A stretch of DNA of 63,391 bases, filler included, from Octopus bimaculoides (lineage: Eukaryota): NCBI RefSeq assembly GCF_001194135.2. It is 5 parts of 5 records of this genome, joined end to end, with 100 filler letters (N's around TTAATTAATTAA, not from the genome) between each part and the next. Parts side by side here need not be neighbours in the genome. Positions count along the whole stretch, not along the records: positions 62,354 to 63,391 come from NC_068994.1; 4 more parts are not named here. One strand, 5' to 3'. Shown piece after piece: positions 62,409-63,391 of the stretch (position 1 is its first letter; each line of letters opens with the position of its first letter). The notes under the pieces were generated by a model. It did no database searches and had not been told where the DNA came from. It was given only the letters and a program-made list of their open reading frames with translations. Position numbers and translations under genes: made by a program.

Positions 62409-63065
62409 ATGATCTTCTGCCCCCCCCCTTCATTATGTGTGTGTGTGTGTGTGTCTCCTTTCCTTTTGTCACATACTCTCACTACTCCCTCTACATTTCT
62501 CTTATTGTTTTATGGTCTTCTTGTCACTGACCTTACCGCTGCCACCACCATCACTACCCCTACCACCACCATCTCTCTCTTTCTCTCTCTCTCTCTCCAC
62601 CCGTCTCCCTCTATCTATCTCTCTGTCTATCTATCTATTCATCTATCTTTCCCATTGGTCTTGATTCTATACATCCAGTTATGTAAATAATAAAAAGTGT
62701 GTTTGGCAGTCTTCCCAATGATTTTCTCGTCTGAATAGTGTTACCGTACATGTGTACATACTTGTGGTTGGTGTGTGTGTGTGTGTGTATGTTATATATA
62801 GATGTGTGTGTGTGTGTATGTGTATGTGCATGCATATTTATGTGTGTGCGTTGGTATGTGTTTGCAGAGATGTGTATGTACATGTATGTTTGCATATGTA
62901 TGTGTATGTTTTGTGTGCGTGCTTACATACATATGTACGTACATACATACATACATACGTACATATATGTAGGTATATGCACTCACACTCATATCTGTAA
63001 TGTGATGATAGTTTGTGTGTGTGTGTGAGGAAACACGTGTGGTCTGATACATCTCCATACACACA

Positions 63066-63114
<49 letters not shown>

Positions 63115-63391
63115 CTGACATAATTTAACACATAAGAAATGATACAAAACGAACGTCTGTACACACACACACACACACACAGACACACACACACACACAC
63201 ATGTTGTCACAGAGACATCCACTCACATGTATGCACGCAGGCCATAAATATTCTCCGTAACCTACCAAGAAAATGGTGTCCGTAATGGTTGCGTAAGTGT
63301 ATGCCTTAATGAAATCTGTTCGGATGAGAGAGAGATAGAGAGAGAGAGAGAGAGACAGACAGAAAGACAGGCAGACAGACAGATTGAGAAA
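62409..63391. repeat. Compound dinucleotide/tetranucleotide microsatellite field
   Basis: (TG)n, (CA)n, (TC)n, (TACA)n, (GA)n tracts. Confidence 0.9.

Overview
AT-rich, gap-ridden animal genomic scaffold dense in microsatellites ((AT)n, (CA)n, (GA)n, (TATG)n, (ATT)n, (ACT)n) and tRNA-derived SINEs. The repeat content suggests an octopod cephalopod; this is inference and was not checked against a database. No complete protein-coding gene is visible. Nearly all listed ORFs are microsatellite or N-gap artefacts; a few isolated candidate exons remain. Supported content: (1) a cluster of 8 tRNA-Arg(CCT) copies at 4.1-15.2 kb, one partial and one a pseudogene with a CAT anticodon, three of them paired back-to-back with a tRNA-like pseudo-gene; (2) decayed retroelements (RLE/R4-like LINE 3' end, Tx1/L1-like LINE lacking RT); (3) Tc1/mariner remnants; (4) MITEs, including a 304-bp foldback element with a perfect 8-bp TSD whose arms are built largely of telomeric TTAGGG repeats; (5) four insertions of a family that joins a tRNA-derived Pol III head, an (AAT)n tract and a Penelope-type minimal hammerhead ribozyme, always with an inverted partner copy. 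Items 4 and 5 are the most interesting candidates.
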